Assembly: GCA_040954595.2 (NCBI GenBank)
Contig: CM082578.2
Coordinates: 17,748,628-17,812,627 of the forward strand
DNA: 64,000 nucleotides
Direction of reading: 5' to 3'
From: Balanoglossus misakiensis
Taxonomy: Eukaryota > Animalia > Hemichordata
In this document: piece by piece, positions 38,901 to 52,400 of the stretch
Numbering within the stretch: the first letter of the stretch is position 1
How the letters are laid out: each line of letters starts with the position of its first letter
Notes under the pieces: model-generated
Databases searched by the model: none
What the model was told of the DNA's origin: nothing
The model's input: the letters and a program-made list of their open reading frames with translations, nothing else
Translations under genes and position numbers: made by a program

Positions 38901-41900
38901 ATTCCGACAAGTCTACTCACCCCAACGTGTCCTTTCATCACTTTTAATGGATCAGTAAGTGTTTAGCCTCTTATACGCAATGTACATGGGCAGTGTCTGG
39001 GACTAATATTTGCCACTGCTATTTGTGTTTCACCACTGACACTAACTTAACCAGGTCTAGAACCGAAGTTAGTGGACTTTTAAAAAAAATCCAGCCTGTC
39101 ACATGTCTCCATATATATTATTTTCTGACTACAAAATTTCGGCAATAGGTTCTGCGTGTAGGCTATACGGGGCACAATCAAATTACAAGGAGTCGGGTTT
39201 GTTTGTATGTTCGTGGATGTATTGTCTCTCTCCGTGTAACAGTGTCTGTCATGCCCGTTGCATTGTAGATGAAAAGGGCCATTAAGACGCCGGCTGGTCC
39301 GACAACGCCTAAAAGAGAAGCGCGACCGCTGTGAAGGCCTCGTGTCGTCTGCAAGGTAAGAAACAATTCCAAACAAGATTAAGTTTGAAACAGGTGTGCC
39401 TATGAAAAGTAATTGTGTGATATTTACAGATTCTGCAGAAAATGGAAGTCTCGCGGTAAGAGGTTCCCCCCCTCCCCATATTTTCTTCTTTTGGGAACAC
39501 CTCAATGTGGACGGCGAATGACTGGAACCTATTGCTTGTAAAGAGATACACTAGGCTTCAAAAATCTGTTTGTTCACGCGTGGTCTTGCTTAGCAAAACA
39601 AGCAAACCCGAAACTTTGGCAGGAAAACATTACAAGTTAACACTGGTCTCGTGTTGCAACTGTCGGCGGCTATGGGCGAAAACGTTTCATCGGTATTTTG
39701 TACATTCGCGAACTGTAAACTTCGGGAAACCGTTATTAGATGTATGTCATTTGTATATGCGTCGGGAAAATCTCAAATATACTTTCGACACATTGCAGTG
39801 GATGATGGGCGTCGTGTGATTTTAAGTCCTTTGACACAAAAACTAAACTGTTTAGGGCAAGTGGTTTGATCTGAGCGGCACCGACTGCAAAGTTTCCTTT
39901 AGCGGTATGGTTTACAAGGCGGCCGACAGTTTGGGGTTTCTTTACTGCGTGGTTGAACCTTCCTGTCACCCGAGGCCATCTGGACAACCGGTGCGAACAG
40001 TCTCACCACTAAACCGGCACAACCAGTCCGCAAGAATCCCATATGGTGACTTTGTGGCTTTGAGATCTGTGACAAAGCAACTCTGCTTTAAATAAATCAT
40101 TTGGGGTGCATGTAAATATTTATACATGTTTCATTTTGGTGCAAAAAATATCAAATATGGCGCAGGTGGTAAATGAACCAAGCGCGGTCGTGGGTCAATG
40201 ATGTGAAACAACTGCACTTCAGGAAGATACTTTGTGTCTCTGGCCATGCAGTGCGGTGAGAAGTTTCATTCTGTCTGACACCGTTCTGTCATTCACTTGA
40301 AAAGACCAAACACTGCCCATCCCACGTCGTGTGCAAGGTTGCTCGGTGTCTTTTCACCGCACCTTTTATCTGATCCTTCATCGACCAAGAGAACCATTGA
40401 AGAAGGTTGCTAATGTAGCCATATTTGTTAACTTTTATATTGTAAAGCTGGGTCAACATCCACTCCGGGTTGGCGACGAATTGGAAGAGAACGAGGAATA
40501 GAGAAAGGGAAGTGGTTTATTGTCAAATTTTCAAGCGCCGAGCATTGTAACCTGAAGTGAGCACCCCTAACCTCCCATCGTAGCGCATTGCGGTTGCCAC
40601 GGCAACAGAGTTCTTGGCAAACTTTCAATCCATCAACAGGTGAACGTTACACAATCTCACACCGGTTCGAAAAGTGGATAATTTTGACAACTTTCCCCGT
40701 TTTGTTGACTTTCGCACACTTCGGTCAACGTTTAGGGTCAACTGCATCTGTCAAGACGTGTCAGTATCGAGACGGGTTTATTTTTTGGGATTTTCAGATT
40801 GCCTAGAGACTATCGCTTTGTGTGCTTGCTCACAAAAAACCGACCAGCCGCCCATGCAGAACAACAACTGCTGCAATGAACGAAATTGGGGGAAAAAAAC
40901 CAACTGTGAAAGGGAACACTAACTTTGTGACCACATGTAGACGTCTGCACGCATTTGGTGTGTCGGCGAATTGTAATTGCTTTCAGTTGAATTCAACCAT
41001 GTCGTTGGCGTAGGGACTGAAATGAGAAGAGAGATAATATTACCGAGTAATTCATACTTTTGCACTGAGTTTAAAACTCGTTTCAATCTCCGCCAAATTA
41101 TGATCGTCGTTGACAAACGGGCCAAACCAGGTTTCACCCCTGTTCAAAAGCCACGACTGTAGAAGAAAAACATTCCAATGACGCAAATCTTTAACGTCAA
41201 ACATTTGTTTACGTCATCGTTTTGTTGTTGTTTTTTCTCAACTTCGACAGTGCGAGATAATTACCATTCAAATGAAACAAGAAGTTTTTATTCTAAATTT
41301 TATGAACTGTTTTTTTTTTATATTCAACTGATGACGATTCTAGACATTGTTCTCTCGGTGAATCATACATTTCATGAAAATGGACAATCTGTGGGCAGAC
41401 ACACAGATAAGAATAGAAGTAGACATGCTGATATACAGGTAGATAGTGTAAATGAAATCGGAGATGCATTACGCAGGGAGATGGGCGATCTATTGTTAAA
41501 TGTCACGAGAACAATCAAATGGCAAGCTACCATCATATAGGATGAGTTAAAGGGTTTTGTTTATTTTCCACTGATAGGGTTTGTTAAAAATTTGATCGCG
41601 TGACCATTTTGTGAACAAAGAATATGGGTGTACCTGATAACTGTAAAGATGATACACAAAATCAGGGTGCTTGCTCAATATGCATACTTTATTTGAAACG
41701 GCCTCAACACATTGTAAGTGTTGTCGGTCGAACCCACCGCACCACCACTGGCATCCGAGTGACTTCTTCAGCCCACCGAAGCGTTTAGATAGACACCGAG
41801 CTTCAATTCCCCATGCCACACACGCTCTTCAAACATTATGCAAATACGGACCATGAACCGTGCATTTATGAATTTACGAAGGCGAATCACCGTGTACGGG

Positions 41901-43180
41901 TGTGTTGAGAAATACATTAGGCGTTGACAGGCAAGGCTTCTTCCATTGAAGGAGGGTGGGTTATTTATGAGTTAAATGCAGGTTGCGTGTCTGATAGTCT
42001 TCAAAGCCTTACCCGGCGATCGCCGTTATTTCCCCGAGGAAGTAGCCCCGTCATCTCTAGTCATAAATTCGTGTAATATTTCCTTTTCGCTTGATGCATA
42101 CTCCCCATCTGAACTCTGTGAGACTACAACAGACGCTCGCTGATATTTATCTTCTTATCGGCAACACATTTCTTATCGTCATGAGTATTTTTTCTCTCTT
42201 TCGCACGGCGTTGGATACGCTCTTGTTCGACACGAATAGCTAAAATGTGTGCGTTTTGTATTCGAATGATAACGCTGAAGTTTGGCAAAGCAAACCTCAC
42301 GCAATTCGGATTTAGTTGAACAGTGCGAGGGAACTGATACAGCGAGATTTATAAGAAGTTCTATTTTTGTAATACGGTCAAAAGTTCATTTATTCGAATG
42401 TGGAAACGGGCAAGGAAAATTTCATTTTTCATTTAACACAGTTTAGAAGGAAATCCATCGGTGCATGGAACAAAAACGTGACTGAATGAGACACGCCCGA
42501 GATGTGACCTTTTTAGGGACAAACTGTGAACGAACTTGGAAGAAGTTCCACGGGCCATCTGTCACTGTCAAACTATCAACCTTCAGATGGGCTTTTGTCG
42601 CCCTCACGCGGCAACAATATGATATATGTACGTGCATGCATGGTGCCAGAAACGACAATATTTGTCCTTGCAGATCATTTGTTCAGATGAAGAGCGTGTG
42701 AGACCGTGTCTGAAGTTGGGAGGGACAGACTCAACACACAAAAATCGCTCAGTCATTCTGAGCTAAAACGAACATTTTTTTCTATTGATAAAAGATAACA
42801 AAACCGTGGGTTGTTATCGCGGGAAAAACCCGTGGCGATACCGTCACGACTTTATCGGCTCAGTATATCTGCAGTGTCAGGTGTATCGAAGTTAACATGA
42901 TTATGATGAATGAGGCGAGCGTTAGAATCATCCACTTTCATCTCAGAAATTCACCAGAACTCCGATCAAAATTATCTTGATAGGATTTGGATGGTTTTAG
43001 CGACTTTCATAATGTGCCGATTTCGCTACCGGCGTTTCCACGATTCCTCTAACCCATTAATTTTATGGCTGCGCTGGCATTTTCTATAGAGCTTGTAATT
43101 GCACGCTGCCTTGCCATTATCTGACATCTTCATGGACGTGTAATGTTTTAACGTCGTTAGGCTATTGTACACGGGCAACA

Positions 43181-43440
43181 TTTTTAGGTCCCATTGGTAT
43201 GTATCATGGGACCTTATGGAATCAGTTGCGTCTGTATGGATGGATGGATGTTTGTATGTCCGTCCACATCAAAAACTTGAAAACCGCTGCGCGTATAACC
43301 TCGATATTTGGTGGGTAGATGCAGGCAAGGCTGTAGATGGGAGTTTGTTCAAATGAAATTGTCATTGCTAAAAATATGCAAATTAGCTGTGAAAAACCTA
43401 AATTAAGTCAAAACTCAGAAACTCAACAACCACTGATTGT
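43181..43440 (+). mobile_element. Left end of a putative Helentron-associated interspersed element (HINE; DINE-1-like architecture)
   Basis: T-run (43181-43185), 9-bp inverted repeat aggtcccat...atgggacct (43186-43214), (GTCT/ATGG/GTCC)-type microsatellite (about 43229-43267), about 170 bp of core, then tandem repeats. The right end is not in the window. Confidence 0.65.
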
Positions 43441-46400
43441 CATGATTTTTTTTTCAAAAATCGACGAAATTTTTAAATTTGGCAAAGTCGAAAAATTGTC
43501 ATTTTCTGACGATTTTCCTGAGCTATAACCCATGATTTTTTCAAAAATCGACGAAATTTTGAAATTTGGCAAAGTCGAAAAATTGTCATTTTCTGACGAT
43601 TTTCATGAGCTATAACCCATGATTTTTTCAAAAATCGACGAAATTTTGAAATTTGGCAAAGTCGAAAAATTTTCATTTTCTGACGATTTTCCTGAGCTAT
43701 AACCCATGATTTTTTCAAAAATCGGCGAAATTTCGAAATTTGGCAAAGTCGAAAAATTGTCATTTTCTGACGATTTTCATGAGCTATAACCCATGATTTT
43801 TTCAAAAATCGGCGAAATTTCGAGATTTGGAAAAGTCGAAAAATCGTCGATTTTTGACGATTTTCCTGAGCTATAACCCATGGTTTTTTCAAAAATAGGC
43901 GAAATTTCGAGATTTGGAAAAGTCGAAAAATCGTCGATTTTTGATGATTTTCCTGAGCTATAACCCATGATTTTTTCAAAAATCGGCGAAATTTCGAGAT
44001 TTGGAAAAGTCGAAAAATCGTCGATTTTTGATGATTTTCCTGAGCTATAACCCATGATTTTTTCAAAAATCGGCGAAATTTCGAGATTTGGAAAAGTCGA
44101 AAAATCGTCGATTTTTGATGATTTTCCTGAGCTATAACCCATGATTTTTTCAAAAATCGGCGAAATTTCGAGATTTGGAAAAGTCGAAAAATCGTCGATT
44201 TTTGATGATTTTCCTGAGCTATAACCCATGATTTTTTCAAAAATCGGCGAAATTTCGAGATTTGGAAAAGTCGAAAAATCGTCGATTTTTGATGATTTTC
44301 CTGAGCTATAACCCATGATTTTTTCAAAAATCGGCGAAATTTCGAGATTTGGAAAAGTCGAAAAATCGTCGATTTTTGATGATTTTCCTGAGCTATAACC
44401 CATGATTTTTTCAAAAATCGGCGAAATTTCGAGATTTGGAAAAGTCGAAAAATCGTCGATTTTTGATGATTTTCCTGAGCTATAACCCATGATTTTTTCA
44501 AAAATCGGCGAAATTTCGAGATTTGGAAAAGTCGAAAAATCGTCGATTTTTGATGATTTTCCTGAGCTATAACCCATGATTTTTTCAAAAATCGGCGAAA
44601 TTTCGAGATTTGGAAAAGTCGAAAAATCGTCGATTTTTGATGATTTTCCTGAGCTATAACCCATGATTTTTTCAAAAATCGACGAAATTTCGAAATTTGG
44701 CAAAGTCGAAAAATTGTCATTTTCTGACGATTTTCATGAGCTATAACCCATGATTTTTTCAAAAATCGACGAAATTTTGAAATTTCGCAAAGTCGAAAAA
44801 TTTTCATTTTCTGACGATTTTCATGAGCTATAACCCATGATTTTTTCAAAAATCGGCGAAATTTCGAGATTTGGAAAAGTCGAAAAATCGTCGATTTTTG
44901 ACGATTTTCCTGAGCTATAACCCATGATTTTTTCAAAAATCGGCGAAATTTCGAGATTTGGAAAAGTCGAAAAATCGTCGATTTTTGACGATTTTCCTGA
45001 GCTATAACCCATGATTTTTTCAAAAATCGGCGAAATTTCGAGATTTGGAAAAGTCGAAAAATCGTCGATTTTTGATGATTTTCCTGAGCTATAACCCATG
45101 ATTTTTTCAAAAATCGGCGAAATTTCGAGATTTGGAAAAGTCGAAAAATCGTCGATTTTTGATGATTTTCCTGAGCTATAACCCATGATTTTTTCAAAAA
45201 TCGGCGAAATTTCGAGATTTGGAAAAGTCGAAAAATCGTCGATTTTTGATGATTTTCCTGAGCTATAACCCATGATTTTTTCAAAAATCGGCGAAATTTC
45301 GAGATTTGGAAAAGTCGAAAAATCGTCGATTTTTGATGATTTTCCTGAGCTATAACCCATGATTTTTTCAAAAATCGGCGAAATTTCGAGATTTGGAAAA
45401 GTCGAAAAATCGTCGATTTTTGATGATTTTCCTGAGCTATAACCCATGATTTTTTCAAAAATCGGCGAAATTTCGAGATTTGGAAAAGTCGAAAAATCGT
45501 CCATTTTTGATGATTTTCCTGAGCTATAACCCATGATTTTTTCAAAAATCGGCGAAATTTCGAGATTTGGAAAAGTCGAAAAATCGTCGATTTTTGATGA
45601 TTTTCCTGAGCTATAACCCATGATTTTTTCAAAAATCGGCGAAATTTCGAGATTTGGAAAAGTCGAAAAATCGTCGATTTTTGATGATTTTCCTGAGCTA
45701 TAACCCATGGTTTTTTCAAAAATCGGCGAAATTTCGAGATTTGGAAAAGTCGAAAAATCGTCGATTTTTGATGATTTTCCTGAGCTATAACCCATGGTTT
45801 TTTCAAAAATCGGCGAAATTTCGAGATTTGGAAAAGTCGAAAAATCGTCGATTTTTGATGATTTTCCTGAGCTATAACCCATGGTTTATTCAAAAATCGG
45901 CGAAATTTCGAGATTTGGAAAAGTCGAAAAATCGTCGATTTTTGATGATTTTCCTGAGCTATAACCCATGGTTTTTTCAAAAATCGGCGAAATTTCGAGA
46001 TTTGGAAAAGTCGAAAAATCGTCGATTTTTGATGATTTTCCTGAGCTATAACCCATGGTTTTTTCAAAAATCGGCGAAATTTCGAGATTTGGAAAAGTCG
46101 AAAAATCGTCGATTTTTGATGATTTTCCTGAGCTATAACCCATGATTTTTTCAAAAATCGGCGAAATTTCGAGATTTGGAAAAGTCGAAAAATCGTCGAT
46201 TTTTGATGATTTTCCTGAGCTATAACCCATGATTTTTTCAAAAATCGGCGAAATTTCGAGATTTGGAAAAGTCGAAAAATCGTCGATTTTTGATGATTTT
46301 CCTGAGCTATAACCCATGGTTTTTTCAAAAATCGGCGAAATTTCGAGATTTGGAAAAGTCGAAAAATCGTCGATTTTTGATGATTTTCCTGAGCTATAAC

Positions 46401-49400
46401 CCATGGTTTTTTCAAAAATCGGCGAAATTTCGAGATTTGGAAAAGTCGAAAAATCGTCAATTTTTGATGATTTTCCTGAGCTATAACCCATGATTTTTTC
46501 AAAAATCGGCGAAATTTCGAGATTTGGAAAAGTCGAAAAATCGTCGATTTTTGATGATTTTCCTGAGCTATAACCCATGGTTTTTTCAAAAATCGGCGAA
46601 ATTTCGAGATTTGGAAAAGTCGAAAAATCGTCGATTTTTGATGATTTTCCTGAGCTATAACCCATGGTTTTTTCAAAAATCGGCGAAATTTCGAGATTTG
46701 GAAAAGTCGAAAAATCGTCGATTTTTGATGATTTTCCTGAGCTATAACCCATGGTTTATTTAAAAATCGGCGAAATTTCGAGATTTGGAAAAGTCGAAAA
46801 ATCGTCGATTTTTGATGATTTTCCTGAGCTATAACCCATGGTTTTTTCAAAAATCGGCGAAATTTCGAGATTTGGAAAAGTCGAAAAATCGTCGATTTTT
46901 GATGATTTTCCTGAGCTATAACCCATGTTTTTTTCAAAAATCGGCGAAATTTCGAGATTTGGAAAAGTCGAAAAATCGTCGATTTTTGATGATTTTCCTG
47001 AGCTATAACCCATGATTTTTTCAAAAATCGGCGAAATTTCGAGATTTGGAAAAGTCGAAAAATCGTCGATTTTTGATGATTTTCCTGAGCTATAACCCAT
47101 GATTTTTTCAAAAATCGGCGAAATTTTGAGATTTGGAAAAGTCGAAAAATCGTCGATTTTTGATGATTTTCCTGAGCTATAACCCATGATTTTTTCAAAA
47201 ATCGGCGAAATTTCGAGATTTGGAAAAGTCGAAAAATCGTCGATTTTTGATGATTTTCCTGAGCTATAACCCATGATTTTTTCAAAAATCGGCGAAATTT
47301 CGAGATTTGGAAAAGTCGAAAAATCGTCGATTTTTGATGATTTTCCTGAGCTATAACCCATGATTTTTTTCAAAAATCGGCGAAATTTCGAGATTTGGAA
47401 AAGTCGAAAAATCGTCGATTTTTGATGATTTTCCTGAGCTATAACCCATGATTTTTTCAAAAATCGGCGAAATTTCGAGATTTGGAAAAGTCGAAAAATC
47501 GTCGATTTTTGATGATTTTCCTGAGCTATAACCCATGATTTTTTCAAAAATCGGCGAAATTTCGAGATTTGGAAAAGTCGAAAAATCGTCGATTTTTGAT
47601 GATTTTCCTGAGCTATAACCCATGATTTTTTCAAAAATCGGCGAAATTTCGAGATTTGGAAAAGTCGAAAAATCGTCGATTTTTGATGATTTTCCTGAGC
47701 TATAACCCATGATTTTTTCAAAAATCGGCGAAATTTCGAGATTTGGAAAAGTCGAAAAATCGTCGATTTTTGATGATTTTCCTGAGCTATAACCCATGAT
47801 TTTTTCAAAAATCGGCGAAATTTCGAGATTTGGAAAAGTCGAAAAATCGTCGATTTTTGATGATTTTCCTGAGCTATAACCCATGATTTTTTCAAAAATC
47901 GGCGAAATTTCGAGATTTGGAAAAGTCGAAAAATCGTCGATTTTTGATGATTTTCCTGAGCTATAACCCATGATTTTTTCAAAAATCGGCGAAATTTCGA
48001 GATTTGGAAAAGTCGAAAAATCGTCGATTTTTGATGATTTTCCTGAGCTATAACCCATGATTTTTTCAAAAATCGGCGAAATTTCGAGATTTGGAAAAGT
48101 CGAAAAATCGTCGATTTTTGATGATTTTCCTGAGCTATAACCCATGATTTTTTCAAAAATCGGCGAAATTTCGAGATTTGGAAAAGTCGAAAAATCGTCG
48201 ATTTTTGATGATTTTCCTGAGCTATAACCCATGATTTTTTCAAAAATCGGCGAAATTTCGAGATTTGGAAAAGTCGAAAAATCGTCGATTTTTGATGATT
48301 TTCCTGAGCTATAACCCATGATTTTTTCAAAAATCGGCGAAATTTCGAGATTTGGAAAAGTCGAAAAATCGTCGATTTTTGATGATTTTCCTGAGCTATA
48401 ACCCATGATTTTTTCAAAAATCGGCGAAATTTCGAGATTTGGAAAAGTCGAAAAATCGTCGATTTTTGATGATTTTCCTGAGCTATAACCCATGATTTTT
48501 TCAAAAATCGGCGAAATTTCGAGATTTGGAAAAGTCGAAAAATCGTCGATTTTTGATGATTTTCCTGAGCTATAACCCATGATTTTTTCAAAAATCGGCG
48601 AAATTTCGAGATTTGGAAAAGTCGAAAAATCGTCGATTTTTGATGATTTTCCTGAGCTATAACCCATGATTTTTTCAAAAATCGGCGAAATTTCGAGATT
48701 TGGAAAAGTCGAAAAATCGTCGATTTTTGATGATTTTCCTGAGCTATAACCCATGATTTTTTCAAAAATCGGCGAAATTTCGAGATTTGGAAAAGTCGAA
48801 AAATCGTCGATTTTTGATGATTTTCCTGAGCTATAACCCATGATTTTTTCAAAAATCGGCGAAATTTCGAGATTTGGAAAAGTCGAAAAATCGTCGATTT
48901 TTGATGATTTTCCTGAGCTATAACCCATGATTTTTTCAAAAATCGGCGAAATTTCGAGATTTGGAAAAGTCGAAAAATCGTCGATTTTTGATGATTTTCC
49001 TGAGCTATAACCCATGATTTTCGGCGAAATTTCGAGATTTGGAAAAGTCGAAAAATCGTCGATTTTTGATGATTTTCCTGAGCTATAACCCATGATTTTT
49101 TCAAAAATCGGCGAAATTTCGAGATTTGGAAAAGTCGAAAAATCGTCGATTTTTGATGATTTTCCTGAGCTATAACCCATGATTTTTTCAAAAATCGGCG
49201 AAATTTCGAGATTTGGAAAAGTCGAAAAATCGTCGATTTTTGATGATTTTCCTGAGCTATAACCCATGATTTTTTCAAAAATCGGCGAAATTTCGAGATT
49301 TGGAAAAGTCGAAAAATCGTCGATTTTTGATGATTTTCCTGAGCTATAACCCATGATTTTTTCAAAAATCGGCGAAATTTCGAGATTTGGAAAAGTCGAA

Positions 49401-52400
49401 AAATCGTCGATTTTTGATGATTTTCCTGAGCTATAACCCATGATTTTTTCAAAAATCGGCGAAATTTCGAGATTTGGAAAAGTCGAAAAATCGTCGATTT
49501 TTGATGATTTTCCTGAGCTATAACCCATGATTTTTTCAAAAATCGGCGAAATTTCGAGATTTGGAAAAGTCGAAAAATCGTCGATTTTTGATGATTTTCC
49601 TGAGCTATAACCCATGATTTTTTCAAAAATCGGCGAAATTTCGAGATTTGGAAAAGTCGAAAAATCGTCGATTTTTGATGATTTTCCTGAGCTATAACCC
49701 ATGATTTTTTCAAAAATCGGCGAAATTTCGAGATTTGGAAAAGTCGAAAAATCGTCGATTTTTGATGATTTTCCTGAGCTATAACCCATGATTTTTTCAA
49801 AAATCGGCGAAATTTCGAGATTTGGAAAAGTCGAAAAATCGTCGATTTTTGATGATTTTCCTGAGCTATATATAGACCCATGATTTTTTCAAAAATCGGC
49901 GAAATTTCGAGATTTGGAAAAGTCGAAAAATCGTCGATTTTTGATGATTTTCCTGAGCTATAACCCATGATTTTTTCAAAAATCGGCGAAATTTCGAGAT
50001 TTGGAAAAGTCGAAAAATCGTCGATTTTTGATGATTTTCCTGAGCTATAACCCATGATTTTTTCAAAAATCGGCGAAATTTCGAGATTTGGAAAAGTCGA
50101 AAAATCGTCGATTTTTGATGATTTTCCTGAGCTATAACCCATGATTTTTTCAAAAATCGGCGAAATTTCGAGATTTGGAAAAGTCGAAAAATCGTCGATT
50201 TTTGATGATTTTCCTGAGCTATAACCCATGATTTTTTCAAAAATCGGCGAAATTTCGAGATTTGGAAAAGTCGAAAAATCGTCGATTTTTGATGATTTTC
50301 CTGAGCTATAACCCATGATTTTTTCAAAAATCGGCGAAATTTCGAGATTTGGAAAAGTCGAAAAATCGTCGATTTTTGATGATTTTCCTGAGCTATAACC
50401 CATGATTTTTTCAAAAATCGGCGAAATTTCGAGATTTGGAAAAGTCGAAAAATCGTCGATTTTTGATGATTTTCCTGAGCTATAACCCATGATTTTTTCA
50501 AAAATCGGCGAAATTTCGAGATTTGGAAAAGTCGAAAAATCGTCGATTTTTGATGATTTTCCTGAGCTATAACCCATGATTTTTTCAAAAATCGGCGAAA
50601 TTTCGAGATTTGGAAAAGTCGAAAAATCGTCGATTTTTGATGATTTTCCTGAGCTATAACCCATGATTTTTTCAAAAATCGGCGAAATTTCGAGATTTGG
50701 AAAAGTCGAAAAATCGTCGATTTTTGATGATTTTCCTGAGCTATAACCCATGATTTTTTCAAAAATCGGCGAAATTTCGAGATTTGGAAAAGTCGAAAAA
50801 TCGTCGATTTTTGATGATTTTCCTGAGCTATAACCCATGATTTTTTCAAAAATCGGCGAAATTTCGAGATTTGGAAAAGTCGAAAAATCGTCGATTTTTG
50901 ATGATTTTCCTGAGCTATAACCCATGATTTTTTCAAAAATCGGCGAAATTTCGAGATTTGGAAAAGTTGAAAAATCGTCGATTTTTGATGATTTTCCTGA
51001 GCTATAACCCATGATTTTTTCAAAAATCGGCGAAATTTCGAGATTTGGAAAAGTCGAAAAATCGTCGATTTTTGATGATTTTCCTGAGCTATAACCCATG
51101 ATTTTTTCAAAAATCGGCGAAATTTCGAGATTTGGAAAAGTCGAAAAATCGTCGATTTTTGATGATTTTCCTGAGCTATAACCCATGATTTTTTCAAAAA
51201 TCGGCGAAATTTCGAGATTTGGAAAAGTCGAAAAATCGTCGATTTTTGATGATTTTCCTGAGCTATAACCCATGATTTTTTCAAAAATCGGCGAAATTTC
51301 GAGATTTGGAAAAGTCGAAAAATCGTCGATTTTTGATGATTTTCCTGAGCTATAACCCATGATTTTTTCAAAAATCGGCGAAATTTCGAGATTTGGAAAA
51401 GTCGAAAAATCGTCGATTTTTGATGATTTTCCTGAGCTATAACCCATGATTTTTTCAAAAATCGGCGAAATTTCGAGATTTGGAAAAGTCGAAAAATCGT
51501 CGATTTTTGATGATTTTCCTGAGCTATAACCCATGATTTTTTCAAAAATCGGCGAAATTTCGAGATTTGGAAAAGTCGAAAAATCGTCGATTTTTGATGA
51601 TTTTCCTGAGCTATAACCCATGATTTTTTCAAAAATCGGCGAAATTTCGAGATTTGGAAAAGTCGAAAAATCGTCGATTTTTGATGATTTTCCTGAGCTA
51701 TAACCCATGATTTTTTCAAAAATCGGCGAAATTTCGAGATTTGGAAAAGTCGAAAAATCGTCGATTTTTGATGATTTTCCTGAGCTATAACCCATGATTT
51801 TTTCAAAAATCGGCGAAATTTCGAGATTTGGAAAAGTCCGAAAAATCGTCGATTTTTGATGATTTTCCTGAGCTATAACCCATGATTTTTCAAAAATCGG
51901 CGAAATTTCGAGATTTGGAAAAGTCGAAAAATCGTCGATTTTTGATGATTTTCCTGAGCTATAACCCATGATTTTTTCAAAAATCGGCGAAATTTCGAGA
52001 TTTGGAAAAGTCGAAAAATCGTCGATTTTTGATGATTTTCCTGAGCTATAACCCATGATTTTTTCAAAAATCGGCGAAATTTCGAGATTTGGAAAAGTCG
52101 AAAAATCGTCGATTTTTGATGATTTTCCTGAGCTATAACCCATGATTTTTTCAAAAATGGCGAAATTTCGAGATTTGGAAAAGTCGAAAAATCGTCGATT
52201 TTTGATGATTTTCCTGAGCTATAACCCATGATTTTTTCAAAAATCGGCGAAATTTCGAGATTTGGAAAAGTCGAAAAATCGTCGATTTTTGATGATTTTC
52301 CTGAGCTATAACCCATGATTTTTTCAAAAATCGGCGAAAATTTCGAGATTTGGAAAAGTCGAAAAATCGTCGATTTTTGATGATTTTCCTGAGCTATAAC

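Noticed and set aside
30217-42701. Assorted 60-150 aa ORFs (e.g. 30459-30896, 34444-34896, 39080-39505)
   Set aside because: No recognisable domains, non-coding-like composition and no consistent splice chain.
28280-43180. ERC1a-type extended C-terminal exons, FBXL14 or WNT5 coding sequence
   Set aside because: No matching peptides seen in the ORF track or by eye. Short exons could have been missed.
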